In this document: in pieces, positions 1 through 9,838 of the stretch
Layout of the letters: the number at the start of each line of letters is the position of its first letter
How positions within the stretch are numbered: the stretch's first letter is position 1
From: Coleofasciculus sp. B1-GNL1-01
Lineage (GTDB): Bacteria > Cyanobacteriota > Cyanobacteriia > Cyanobacteriales > Coleofasciculaceae
Assembly: GCA_040220235.1 (NCBI GenBank)
Contig: JAVJTO010000006.1
Length of the DNA stretch: 64,000 nucleotides
Strand: one strand, 5' to 3'
Notes under the pieces: generated by a model
Seen by the model: the letters and a program-made list of their open reading frames with translations, nothing else
Told to the model about the DNA's origin: nothing
Database searches by the model: none
Position numbers and translations under genes: made by a program

Positions 1-824
1 CTTGGTGATGACCAAATCCAATCTAAAAGCAGTGTTAGGGGAGAAAGGGCAAATAACGCCCAGAAAACCGCTGTAGACATAAAGAAATGATTTCGCAGAA
101 TAAAGGTTAAAATCGCAATACTGACAGCCCAAAGTAAACGACTCACCCTAGCATTGGGAATCGAGCGAGGATCAGTTAACATAAACAGGGCAAACAACAA
201 AAACGAGCCACTCATCAATCGATGCGCCCAGACATCCCAAGTCCAGCCCAACCAAAGATTGCGAACAGCTTCGAGTAACGCATAAGCACCGAAAAAAGCC
301 GCCGTTGTATCCCAACGCCCCACCCGTTTTAAAATCATGCCCCCAGTTCCGGCAAATAATAGAACATACCAACCCCCCTCTCCCCACTGTCCTGGAGAAA
401 CCCAGGCATCCTTTGTCAGGATTAAAACTGAAATTATGCCAAAATTAGCCGGATTAAAAAAATGTTTACCTTGGAATCGAAACAGAAATTTACTTAAAAT
501 CGCCAGTACCCCCGCCAAGATCATCGTGCTGTACTGATCGACTCGCAGCAGTAAACTTAACCCCAATGCCGTAATCATGGCACTTTTGAGGGATATTAGG
601 GATTGAGGATTGGGGATTAGTAAACATTCCTGCTTGTCTCCCCAGACGCGCCATGTAGAGAGGTAGCATGCTACCTCTCTACTGATATACTGGGTCAGCA
701 AACAAGTCGCGATCGCAACACCAATAAACTGAGGCTGTAATGTCCAATCTCTCGTGCCAATACCCAATACCAGAAAGAGTGAGAGAAACAGAATCTGATA
801 GTCTCTGGGATCGTGTTGCTGCAT
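1..824 (-). CDS. RnfD/NqrB-family membrane protein (partial, runs off window start)
   Basis: Manual translation from ATG at 824: MQQHDPRDYQILFLSLFLVLGIGTRDW...SAMITALGLSLLLR...SKFLFRFQGKHFFNPANFG...WVSPGQWG; the HxFNPA motif is typical of the RnfD/NqrB-like family. Absent from the ORF track because its stop lies outside the window. Confidence 0.75.
   Translation of the reverse strand, partial: MQQHDPRDYQILFLSLFLVLGIGTRDWTLQPQFIGVAIATCLLTQYISREVACYLSTWRVWGDKQECLLIPNPQSLISLKSAMITALGLSLLLRVDQYSTMILAGVLAILSKFLFRFQGKHFFNPANFGIISVLILTKDAWVSPGQWGEGGWYVLLFAGTGGMILKRVGRWDTTAAFFGAYALLEAVRNLWLGWTWDVWAHRLMSGSFLLFALFMLTDPRSIPNARVSRLLWAVSIAILTFILRNHFFMSTAVFWALFALSPLTLLLDWIWSSP
655..682. repeat. Perfect 28-bp REP-like palindrome inside a CDS
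   Basis: GTAGAGAGGTAGCA|TGCTACCTCTCTAC; related to the intergenic AGACGTGCCATGGCACGTCTCTAC at ~20299-20322. Confidence 0.85.
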
Positions 825-996
825 TTGAGTAGAAAAATAGGGAAAGGGAAAGGAATTCAGATGCCAGCCCGGTTCTGAACCTCCAATCCCTAGGAAAGCG
901 ATCGTGTACTGAGTTGTGCCTGTAATCCTTTTGCCAGTATGCCCCACCCCTATCTTTACCCCTGAGTTGTTACAGTTTTTGTAACTGTACTTAAAC

Positions 997-1953
997 TCAA
1001 CTCACAGACTCAGCCAAAATCCTGCGAATTTGAGTATCCACAATATCCGGTTGTTCCACCATTGCCAGATGACCACAATTAGGAATTTCAATCACATTAG
1101 CACCGCCATTTTGAAAAAGCTTATGGAAGCTAGCCAGATGGCGTACATATTTAGGAGCCATGACTCTATCATTCGCACCTGCCAAAAAATACACAGGCTG
1201 CTGAAGCTGTGAGACCATTTGAGGCAAACGGTGAACCTCAGCCTCAGTTGTCGAATCGAGGAGACTCCTCAGTGCTGCTTCTGGGTGAGCCACAACAAAA
1301 TCAATCACCCGTTGTCGTCCCCAACGCCGTGCCAGGGGACGCGCCACCTGCGCCCGTGTAAACAGTACATCAATCAAGGGCAGATAACATAACCACTGAG
1401 GGCGGCGTTTGACTAACTGTTTCCCTACATTCCGAAATCGTTCAAACTCTTCTTTTAAATAAATGCCACCCCCCGCATTCAGACAAATCACCCCCTTGAC
1501 TCGTTCTGAAGCCACTGATGCGCCCCACAAGGCAATACTGCCACCTAGAGAGTGACCAATCAGCCAAGCGTTATCGATATCCAGCTTTTCGAGTAGAATA
1601 CCCAAGTCCCTAGCATAAGCCGCAAGGCTGTAGTTACTGGTTGATAAACGAGTGGCATCAACGTCTGTCGATGTTAATGCCGCATTATCCTCCGCACCCG
1701 CCCCGCCTGAGGGGGTAGCCCGCGAAGCCGATTCGGTTGGTGGTGGTTTATCTGTTGGGGATTGAGAATCACCAAATCCCCGCAAATCATAAACTAAACA
1801 TTGATAATCATCATCTAATCGATCAATCAGTGGTTGCCAATAGTTACGACTTAAAAGCCAGCCATGGATAAAGACCAAAACTGGGGATGAGGATGCCTTG
1901 GGAGGCGTTAATTCGTAGGCGTGAGTAGCCCCTAGAATCTCAATCGTTGCCAT
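997..1953 (-). CDS. Alpha/beta fold hydrolase
   Basis: VFIHGW oxyanion motif, YDLRGFGDS, GHSLGG nucleophile elbow, C-terminal GH. Confidence 0.9.
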   Translation of the reverse strand: MATIEILGATHAYELTPPKASSSPVLVFIHGWLLSRNYWQPLIDRLDDDYQCLVYDLRGFGDSQSPTDKPPPTESASRATPSGGAGAEDNAALTSTDVDATRLSTSNYSLAAYARDLGILLEKLDIDNAWLIGHSLGGSIALWGASVASERVKGVICLNAGGGIYLKEEFERFRNVGKQLVKRRPQWLCYLPLIDVLFTRAQVARPLARRWGRQRVIDFVVAHPEAALRSLLDSTTEAEVHRLPQMVSQLQQPVYFLAGANDRVMAPKYVRHLASFHKLFQNGGANVIEIPNCGHLAMVEQPDIVDTQIRRILAESVS

Positions 1954-1992
1954 ATATCCATCCTATCCGAGAATTGGGGCAGGTGGTCAAGA

Positions 1993-2024
1993 GGGTGATG
2001 GGGTGATGGGGTGATGGGGTGATG
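1993..2024. repeat. Short tandem repeat (GGGTGATG)x4
   Basis: Read directly from sequence. Confidence 0.9.
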
Positions 2025-2183
2025 AGGGAGGGTTTGAATGTCAATAGCGAAATGAAAGTTCCATTACCATTCGTGTAAACTTAAGCCAAAACCCTTGCCA
2101 ATTCTGGTTTACAGCTATTCAATGGAAGCATAGCCTCAACCGAGGCATTTCCTGATCGAACTTGGCATTTGAAAGTATCTTTA

Positions 2184-2237
2184 CTTCCCCTGCTTCCCCT
2201 GCTTCCCCTGCTTCCCCTGCTTCCCCTGCTTCCCCCG
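2184..2237. repeat. Short tandem repeat (CTTCCCCTG)x5 plus one variant
   Basis: Read directly from sequence. Confidence 0.9.
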
Positions 2238-2273
2238 CTCCTACAAACCAGGTTCCCTGAACGAAGTGAAGGG

Positions 2274-2999
2274 TCAAAACCGACGCCCTAATAATCTTTG
2301 TCGAACACTTTCGGCAATTTTCTGACCTAAATATTCGGGAATCAAGTTTTCATTGGGACCGAGCAAGTAGAGAATTAGGCGGGTACGCCCACGCCAGACG
2401 AGTAAGTTAGCGTTGACGACGAGTAAGTCTTCTTGCCAAACGGCGTACATTACCTTATAAAATAATCCCGGCTGGTTATCAGCTTCAATTAATAAGGCAG
2501 GTAGATGAAATACTGGATCGACATAGAACTCCGTTTCGACTTGTTCTAAGCCAGCATCCAGATTAAATTCCACCGCCAGCATTTCTTCAACTTCAAAACG
2601 TCCCGCCAACGCCTCCCGAATGGCACGGCAGACATTATCGGCTGTTTTGGGGGTCAGGGCTTTGCTACCACGGGATACCACGAGCTTGATGAACACCAAC
2701 ATGGGGGGACTGATTTGACCATGAAGACTCAGGCTGTGAATCGTCAGTCCATAAGCCGCTAAAACCCCAAAAATATCACTGAGGAGAAACGACTGGTTTC
2801 GGTAGGCAAAATGTAGGGCGCTTTTCGAGCCTTCGGGTTTGATCTCAATAACGACACGCCGAGTTTTGTAGAGTTTATAAGCCAGTCTCAGGTTTTGCAA
2901 TTGGATCTCACTACTGACAAACTGCTCATAAAATTCTGGAAACGCCCGGTTGAAGCGCTTCAGCAGTTCTAGTGTTGATGATTTCAGACCCGCAGCCAT
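2274..2999 (-). CDS. Conserved cyanobacterial protein with two ACT-like domains
   Basis: 241-aa ORF; segments AYRNQSFLLSDIFGVLAAYGLTI and EADNQPGLFYKVMYAVWQEDL resemble the ACT DRPGLL-helix pattern. Confidence 0.6.
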   Translation of the reverse strand: MAAGLKSSTLELLKRFNRAFPEFYEQFVSSEIQLQNLRLAYKLYKTRRVVIEIKPEGSKSALHFAYRNQSFLLSDIFGVLAAYGLTIHSLSLHGQISPPMLVFIKLVVSRGSKALTPKTADNVCRAIREALAGRFEVEEMLAVEFNLDAGLEQVETEFYVDPVFHLPALLIEADNQPGLFYKVMYAVWQEDLLVVNANLLVWRGRTRLILYLLGPNENLIPEYLGQKIAESVRQRLLGRRF

Positions 3000-3564
3000 A
3001 AGTAGGGGGAGAAGGCGTTCGCTTTGGTTAAAAGCTTTTAGGATAGACCAGCAAGCTCAGCCTCAAGGCAAAAACCTGCCGTATCTGGTTAATCTCTCAC
3101 AAATTCGGCACAATAGCCTCAGTCTAGCTAAAGAAGGTCTTGCCCTGAGTCATGATTTGCCACTGACCGCCAAACTTTAAGTGTAGGCGATTAGCGTAGG
3201 GATAGGGTCAAATTGGGTGTTTAAGAGGTTGTTGCTTGCTTGGCTGCAAGAACAAGCTTTGGTCTTAATGGTTATAGGAGCGTATTGCGCCAATTGTGAT
3301 ACGATAAGCATGTCAGGTGAAAGTTGTCCTACCGGGGGTCACTCCGAAAGTTATGCATGATAAGAGACGACTCCACACACTGACTTGATGGAGTGCAGTG
3401 TGGGGCTTCTGAAAGCCTTTGTCATTAGCCTGAGTGCTACTGTTCAAAACGTCAAAGTTTTGAATAATCGTCACGCTAACCCGTTAGATACGTCTAGCCG
3501 TAAGTAGCTTGGGCTAGGTCTTGTGTAACGGATAACCAGTATAAAATGCTATAGCCACATCGGC

Positions 3565-4101
3565 ATGGGTTTTTGGAAGAGCTTTTTTGGCAGTGCTGAC
3601 ACTGCTTCGACATCGACAAAATTTGAAGGGGATACCGTTTCAAATTTCAGCGAATCTCCGGCGTCTGGCGATCGCGCTGATAATGGGCGTATCCTGTTTA
3701 GTACGGATCGAGAATTCGATCTGTATGAATTAGAGGAGCTTTGCGACGCCGTGGGTTGGTCACGACGACCGATGCGGAAAGTTCGTAAAGCGATTCAATA
3801 TAGTTTCCTCGTCGTGTCCATGTGGCAACAGCGAGGGAACACGAGGCGTCTGATTGGTTTTGCCCGGGCTACGTCTGACCATGCTTTTAATGCCACAATT
3901 TGGGATGTGGTGGTTCACCCCCAATTCCAAGGCAAGGGGCTGGGTAAGGCGTTGATGAAGTACACTATTAAGAAACTTCGCAGTGAAGATATCAGCAATA
4001 TCACTCTCTTTGCCGATCCCCAAGTGGTCAATTTTTATCGGCAAATGGGATTTATGGCTGATCCCGAAGGGATTAAAGGCATGTTCTGGTATCCTGACTA
4101 A
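3565..4101 (+). CDS. GNAT N-acetyltransferase (Ycf52/NSI-like)
   Basis: [31 protein letters not shown], acetyl-CoA motif QGKGLG, C-terminal GMFWYP. Confidence 0.9.
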   Translation: MGFWKSFFGSADTASTSTKFEGDTVSNFSESPASGDRADNGRILFSTDREFDLYELEELCDAVGWSRRPMRKVRKAIQYSFLVVSMWQQRGNTRRLIGFARATSDHAFNATIWDVVVHPQFQGKGLGKALMKYTIKKLRSEDISNITLFADPQVVNFYRQMGFMADPEGIKGMFWYPD

Positions 4102-4160
4102 TTTTTGTGCGATTGAGACTGGGCAAATTGGACGCTAAGGTATATTATCAAGATATGCAT

Positions 4161-4234
4161 CGGGATGTAGCGCAGCTTGGTAGCGCGCCTGCTTTGGGAG
4201 CAGGATGTCGCAGGTTCAAATCCTGTCATCCCGA
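4161..4234 (+). tRNA. trnP: tRNA-Pro (anticodon TGG)
   Basis: Acceptor stem CGGGATG/CATCCCG, D arm AGCGCAGCTTGGTAGCGC, anticodon arm CCTGC-TTTGGGA-GCAGG, T loop GGTTCAAATCC; CCA not encoded. Confidence 0.97.
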
Positions 4235-4719
4235 TTTTTTAGTACAAATTCGATTAAAAATTAAAATAGTACAAATTAAAACACAGGGACTGGCGTGGAA
4301 GTCTATAGACTTGTGTTGTGTGAAGCAACGCCCCCTGTCCTCAGTTGATGCTTGTAATGGTATCTATATCCTTTGGGGAAGAGGATTTTAAATCCGCCAT
4401 TTTTAGTTGATCTAATACGATAACATTAACTCAAATATTCAACAAGTGGAACTCTAGGGAATTGAACCCAGTCAGTTTTCTTAACTCAGACACGACTAGG
4501 AACGTTCAGGTTTACCTGACTCAACTCTCGTCACTCGTGACAGCTAAACGTCAATCCTAACTATCGATAGTGCCAGGAAAACAGCCTAGCTCAAGATGGA
4601 TAGACTCTATCTGACGATTTCAAGCGATTTCTTCAATTCACGAGAGAGATGTCATCATCAAGTGAGAGCGGTATCCTAGTTTTAATGAGATAGTACGCGA
4701 GAATTCAAGAGGCAATTGT

Positions 4720-5454
4720 ATGAAATCATTAGTTCGCTGGAGTGCAACATTAGGTTTAGTGGGGACTACTCTCCTTGGCTCCTTTTTTGGTGGAAATCTG
4801 CGGGCGCTGGCTTTAACCGAACAGCAGGTGATGGAAAAGTTACAAACTGTACCTGTATTTACGGTTACTGATGGAGAAGGCTCACCCTTAGTCGCCTCTA
4901 TTCCTAATCAGAACAATCAGAATGAAGCAGTTGCAGGCGTCTTTATTAGCCAGAGGGATGCAGAAGCCTTTGTGGAACGATTGAAACGGGAAAAGCCTGA
5001 GTTGGGTAACCAAGTCCGGGTCGTGCCTGTATCGTTAGCAGAAGTCTACCAACTTGATCAACAGAGCCAAAACCAACCGAATGGTCTAGATTTTGCCTAT
5101 ATTCCAGTGCAGCAGCAAGTGCAGTCCGCTCAGCAACTTTTGCCTCAAGGACAAGAATTTCGGGGTGTCCCTCTGTTTGTGGCAAAAGGAGGTCAACAAG
5201 GAGGGTATTTAACGATTCAACAAGAGGGTCAGCAAGTCATTCCCTTTTTCTTTGACAAAGAGCAGTTACAGAATTTGGTCAACCGCTTTAAGGAACAACA
5301 GCCTAACCTGGCTTCGAGTGTTCAGATCCAGGTTGTGCCGCTAGAGGGTATTATTAATACATTGCAGACTCAGGATAACCCTCAACTTGAGCAAATTCTA
5401 CTCATTCCTTCGCAAGAATCTTTGCAATTTTTGCGTCAATCCTCTTCTCAATAG
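4720..5454 (+). CDS. tic22: Tic22-family periplasmic chaperone
   Basis: Signal peptide; KLQTVPVFTVTD..G.PL; GVPLF; IPFFFDKEQL. Confidence 0.88.
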   Translation: MKSLVRWSATLGLVGTTLLGSFFGGNLRALALTEQQVMEKLQTVPVFTVTDGEGSPLVASIPNQNNQNEAVAGVFISQRDAEAFVERLKREKPELGNQVRVVPVSLAEVYQLDQQSQNQPNGLDFAYIPVQQQVQSAQQLLPQGQEFRGVPLFVAKGGQQGGYLTIQQEGQQVIPFFFDKEQLQNLVNRFKEQQPNLASSVQIQVVPLEGIINTLQTQDNPQLEQILLIPSQESLQFLRQSSSQ

Positions 5455-5491
5455 ATCTAAATTAGGCTAAAGGGAATCAGGTTAATTACTC

Positions 5492-6421
5492 ATGGCTACA
5501 ACGCCAGAGCCATCCTCTAAGACAGTGGCAGTATCGGGTCAAAACCTCTGGCTATGGCGAGAAGACGCCCGTCGGTCGGCTGTAGAGGCTGATATCCCTG
5601 TCGCTGAAGTCGATTGGTTGCTTCAAGAGGTCGCAGGACTTGACCCTCTATCGCTGCGCCTAGAGTCGTTTAAGGCGCGATCGCACATCGAATTACGTTA
5701 TCCGCTGCCAGTGCTGACTCAACTCTGGCAGCGGCGTCTTTGCGATCGCTTGCCTGTACAGTATTTAGTGGGGATCACTCCTTGGCGACGTTTTTCGCTG
5801 AAGGTGTCGCCTGTGGTTCTGATTCCTCGACCGGAAACGGAGTATTTAATCGATTTGGCAGTTAGGGCGGCGGGACAAAGTGCAACACCCCAACTTGATG
5901 CTGGACAGTGGGCAGATTTAGGGACAGGGAGTGGTGCGATCGCCTTAGGATTAGCGGAGGCGTTTCCTCATGCGGCAATTCACGCTGTTGATTACAGTCA
6001 TGATGCTCTCGCTATTGCCCAACTGAATGCTCAACAGCTAGGATTTGAGTCAAGAATTCAATTTTATCAAGGGTCGTGGTTGTCCCCCTTGGCATCACTC
6101 AAAGGGCAATTGAGTGGTCTAGTATCCAATCCTCCCTATATTCCCAGAGATGAGCTACAACAATTACAGCCAGAAGTCCGGGATCACGAACCGCTTATGG
6201 CACTGGACGGGGGAATTGATGGTCTAGACTGCATTCGCCACCTGATTAGGACGGCTCCCGATTACCTGCGTCCTGGGGGCGTTTGGATAATAGAAATGAT
6301 GGCAGGACAAGCTGATACAGTGGCTCAGTTGTTGCATCAACAGGGACGTTATTATCAGATTCAGATTATCCCCGATTTAGCCGGAATTGACCGTTTTGCT
6401 TTGGCTTATCGACAGAACTAA
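5492..6421 (+). CDS. prmC: Release factor glutamine methyltransferase PrmC (HemK)
   Basis: VLIPRPETE, DLGTGSGAIA, SNPPY, ALDGG.DGLD. Confidence 0.95.
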   Translation: MATTPEPSSKTVAVSGQNLWLWREDARRSAVEADIPVAEVDWLLQEVAGLDPLSLRLESFKARSHIELRYPLPVLTQLWQRRLCDRLPVQYLVGITPWRRFSLKVSPVVLIPRPETEYLIDLAVRAAGQSATPQLDAGQWADLGTGSGAIALGLAEAFPHAAIHAVDYSHDALAIAQLNAQQLGFESRIQFYQGSWLSPLASLKGQLSGLVSNPPYIPRDELQQLQPEVRDHEPLMALDGGIDGLDCIRHLIRTAPDYLRPGGVWIIEMMAGQADTVAQLLHQQGRYYQIQIIPDLAGIDRFALAYRQN

Positions 6422-6422
6422 T

Positions 6423-6458
6423 TAGGGGCTGCTGAATAAGTGTTGTGGTGAGGGGGAG
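6423..6458 (+). repeat. Dispersed ~36-bp IS-end-like repeat
   Basis: TAGGGGCTGCTGAATAAGTGTTGTGGTGAGGGGGAG; near-identical reverse-complement copy at 20345-20380. Confidence 0.75.
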
Positions 6459-6679
6459 CTAATTAATTAAGTTCAGACGAATGATATCAGATCCCGTAAA
6501 ATACCCAGACGAGAAAATGCCTAAAACGATGGATTTGAAAACATTGCAATTAAGAAAAATCGTCAGAACATGATATGACGAATGACGAATGACGAATGGC
6601 AAATTTTGACTTTTGCCTTAACTTCCAGCAAAATATTAAGTATTTCCCCGAAACTCTTGGAGTATTATATAACCTCAAT

Positions 6680-7297
6680 ATGACTCATGTCTTCATGTCT
6701 GCCCTAGTGGCTGGCGCTAATTCTGGTCAGGTCGTAAGCTTTCCCACCGACACGATACCCGCTCTCGCTGTACGACCGGATTATGCAGAATTGATATTTA
6801 CGCTGAAGCAGCGAAGCAATAACAAACCCTTAATTTTAATGGGTTCATTCCCATCATCACTTTGGTCTTATGTCAAGGGGACAGACGCCGAATTAGAGAT
6901 TTGGCAGCAAGTGGCAAAGCACTATTGGCCCGGAGCGTTAACCTTAGTGTTACCCGCTTCGGATAAAGTTCCGGCGGCGATGAACCCCACAGATCCGACC
7001 ACAATTGGCTTGCGGGTTCCCGACTCTAGAGTCGCGATCGCAATTTTGTCCCAGACGGGTCCTTTAGCTACGACGAGCGCCAACGTCTCTGGGAAACCTC
7101 CCTTACATACAATGCCAGAAATTGAGGCAGAGTTTCCAGAGGTGCTGACGCTTCATCCCACCGAATCCAAAGAATTAGAGGAGCGTCACCCCTATACCCA
7201 AGGCGCACCCTCTACGGTGGTGAAATGGACAGGAGACGGATGGCAAATTTTGCGCCAAGGCGCTGTCTCATTCGACTGTTCCCTGTCTAAGGGGTGA
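6680..7297 (+). CDS. tsaC: L-threonylcarbamoyladenylate synthase (Sua5/YrdC/TsaC)
   Basis: SFPTDT, K.R..NKPL, WPGALTLV, GLRVP, TTSAN.SG; ATG 6680 preferred over the track start 6596, which lies in an ATGACGA repeat. Confidence 0.9.
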   Translation: MTHVFMSALVAGANSGQVVSFPTDTIPALAVRPDYAELIFTLKQRSNNKPLILMGSFPSSLWSYVKGTDAELEIWQQVAKHYWPGALTLVLPASDKVPAAMNPTDPTTIGLRVPDSRVAIAILSQTGPLATTSANVSGKPPLHTMPEIEAEFPEVLTLHPTESKELEERHPYTQGAPSTVVKWTGDGWQILRQGAVSFDCSLSKG

Positions 7298-7440
7298 TGA
7301 CTCTTGGGAAAAGGGGCTATGCTTGAGCTGAAAGCGGGTATGGCAAAACTAAAAATAGAATTCATTAGTCTACTACCCCAGCCAAATAAAAGATTGTGGA
7401 TGGGGAGTCCCGCGAATTACGTTGAAAAGTTTGAAAAAAT

Positions 7441-8433
7441 ATGGGCAACATGGAGCTGATCTATCTGGTAGTCGGTATTGTCATGGGACTTGTTGTCAGC
7501 CGCGCTACTCGTTCCAGCAAACAGCCAGAAGGTTCAACGATACCAGAACCGCAACTGTCAAAACCCGAGGAATCCCAGCCAGCTAAGGCGGAACCCGTGA
7601 AAGAGGATGAACTACAGCCTCTGAAGCAGGAACTCGAGCAAACCCGACTGGCTTACCAAATGGCGCATGAAATGAGCCAGTATAAAGCTGGCTTCTTGGC
7701 GCGGACATCCCACGAACTGCGATCGCCCCTGAGTAGTTTGATGGGGATGCATCAGCTCATTTTGTCCGATTTGTGTGACTCACCGGAAGAAGCTAAGGAA
7801 TTCGTGGCTCAAGCCCATACCTCGGCGCAGAAGATGGTAAAACTTTTAGATGAGGTGATTGCCGTCGCCAAAACGGAACACGGTACTAATCGTCTAGAGA
7901 CTCGCCCCCTGCAATTGAGCCAATGCTTTGAAGAACTCGAAGTCCTCACCCACATGCAAGCCGGGAATCGTAATCTGCGGCTGAAAGTGATTTCCCCTGA
8001 CCCAGAAATAGAAGTCTTAGCTGATCCCCGGCGTTTTCGTCAGGTATTAGTGGGAATGGTGGACAGCGCTATTGTACAAATGGAAGAAGGCACTATTCAG
8101 GTTTCTACAGCCAATTCTGACAACCCCCAGATGGTGAATATTTGGATTGATGTAGAATGTCCCAACTCGATTTGGAGTGAAGCCGTTGATTTACTCTCCG
8201 ACACTAATGACTCAGAGGAACAGGAAACAATCTCATCAACAACCTCACCCGGTATGAATTGGTTGATGGTGCAAACCTTGGTGGAGATGATGAAAGGACG
8301 CTTGGAACTATTACCTATTCCTGGGAAAGAACCAAGCGACGATTCAGTTACAGACACTTGTATCCGGTTACAATGTACTATGCCTCTAGCAACTCCGGAG
8401 ATGGTCGAACAGGTGTTGGCAGAGCAGTCATGA
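7441..8433 (+). CDS. Membrane-anchored HisKA protein with degenerate HATPase domain
   Basis: N-terminal TM; H-box FLARTSHELRSPL; N-box region RFRQVLVGMVDSAI lacks the Asn; no clear G1/G2 boxes. Confidence 0.8.
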   Translation: MGNMELIYLVVGIVMGLVVSRATRSSKQPEGSTIPEPQLSKPEESQPAKAEPVKEDELQPLKQELEQTRLAYQMAHEMSQYKAGFLARTSHELRSPLSSLMGMHQLILSDLCDSPEEAKEFVAQAHTSAQKMVKLLDEVIAVAKTEHGTNRLETRPLQLSQCFEELEVLTHMQAGNRNLRLKVISPDPEIEVLADPRRFRQVLVGMVDSAIVQMEEGTIQVSTANSDNPQMVNIWIDVECPNSIWSEAVDLLSDTNDSEEQETISSTTSPGMNWLMVQTLVEMMKGRLELLPIPGKEPSDDSVTDTCIRLQCTMPLATPEMVEQVLAEQS

Positions 8434-8848
8434 TCGGTTGATTGTATAGCACCATTGTGGTTGTGGTGTTACATTCAAACCCAATGCGTTCGTAGAAGCG
8501 TTGTTGATGAGTGGTCATTAAATAAACTCGCTCAACCCGACACAGTTTGGGGTGACTAAGGACGGTTTCGACGAGCTTGCGTCCCAAGCCAACGCCGCGA
8601 TAGTCAGGATGAATGACAACATCCCAAATCGTGGCGCGGTAAATCCCATCAGAGGTGGCGCGAGCAAATCCAATCAGGCGTTGGTCATCCCATACGGTAA
8701 TTACAGGTTCACTATTGGCGATCGCGATTTTCCAGTCTTCAATGCTGCGATCCTTTGCCCAGAAAGCACTGAGGCGAAACAGAGCCTGGAGTTGGACATA
8801 ATCGATTTGAGCGGCACGATCGCAAAATTGAATAGTACGGCAATCCAT
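8378..8848 (-). CDS. GNAT N-acetyltransferase
   Basis: [31 protein letters not shown]. Confidence 0.9.
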   Translation of the reverse strand: MDCRTIQFCDRAAQIDYVQLQALFRLSAFWAKDRSIEDWKIAIANSEPVITVWDDQRLIGFARATSDGIYRATIWDVVIHPDYRGVGLGRKLVETVLSHPKLCRVERVYLMTTHQQRFYERIGFECNTTTTMVLYNQPIMTALPTPVRPSPELLEA

Positions 8849-9838
8849 TTTTCCCTAAACTCCTTGGGTTTTGGTGATCAAAGGTTATTGCACTATGATG
8901 CAACTATCTCAATATTTTCCGTTGAAGATATACCCCAATCTAACGTTGGTTAACGTGGGGAAAAATCTTCCGAATTTCGTTAGTTTGAAGACGACTCACC
9001 TGAGCATTAATCGATTTCAGGACTAGGGTTAATTGTCTCTCAACTCAGGTGGGATGATCGATTCTCTGTCTTAGTGTGAGTTGACTATTTTCTTGCTGTC
9101 ACCAAAAATTGTAGCGCTTCTAACAATAAATGCAAGAGAGAGAAGCGTTTTTTTGTTAGGAAATTATAACATTTTACTAGCTCTATCATAATTGTCCTTG
9201 GGTGTCAAATTATCGACGAATTGTTGTCAACTTTTAGGGTAAGGAGAGCGTTCCCGAAGGTAGCGTAACGCCCAATCAATAAAGCCTGGATAGATAAAAA
9301 CCATACAAAGTAGCGAGCGAGACGCTAGCACTACTGTTTCCCGTTCCCTATTGCCTATTCCCTGGCGCGTAGCGCTATAACTTTAATGAAAGTCCGACTA
9401 CTTAGCTAAGGTGGTTTATTCGTTACACGCTAAAAAAAATGGCATGAATCGCTTCGACAGCCTAAAATTATTTTGTCATACAAGTATCAAGCTAAGTCCC
9501 GGATTTGCGTAATACACTTTGAGTTATTTTTCCCAGAAAACACCTCTATATCAACACTTAAACTAGCTTTGCTGTCAATCCGGATCTGTATTACGTTTAC
9601 CCGAAGAATGAAATGATGCGGTTAAGGAACTAGATAAGATTTGCTTCTGTTTAAGCAAGCGACCTGGTTCTTCGCAATTAGCAATCAGCAATGAACAGGC
9701 GGTATCCATTTTTCCTCTCAACTGGGGAAAAGAGGTTAGGAAATGCCGTCAAATTTGGTCAGCTTAATTGACCAACGGTTTGAGCTGAATGAATGGTTAT
9801 TGGGGTGCAAGGTAAACAGTTGAGGATCAGGTTTATCG

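Noticed and set aside
172..537. Track ORFs 172-387 and 337-537
   Set aside because: Alternative-frame or antisense shadows of the RnfD-like gene; the same applies to most short nested ORFs in the track.
4161..4300. tRNA-Pro as an integration site for an island
   Set aside because: No integrase and no duplicated tRNA 3' end found in the window; the flanking genes are housekeeping.
4107..4391. 94-aa ORF
   Set aside because: It overlaps tRNA-Pro and is spurious.
9588..9600. NtcA-like site GTA-N7-TAC upstream of the permease
   Set aside because: The spacing is 7 nt, not the canonical GTA-N8-TAC.
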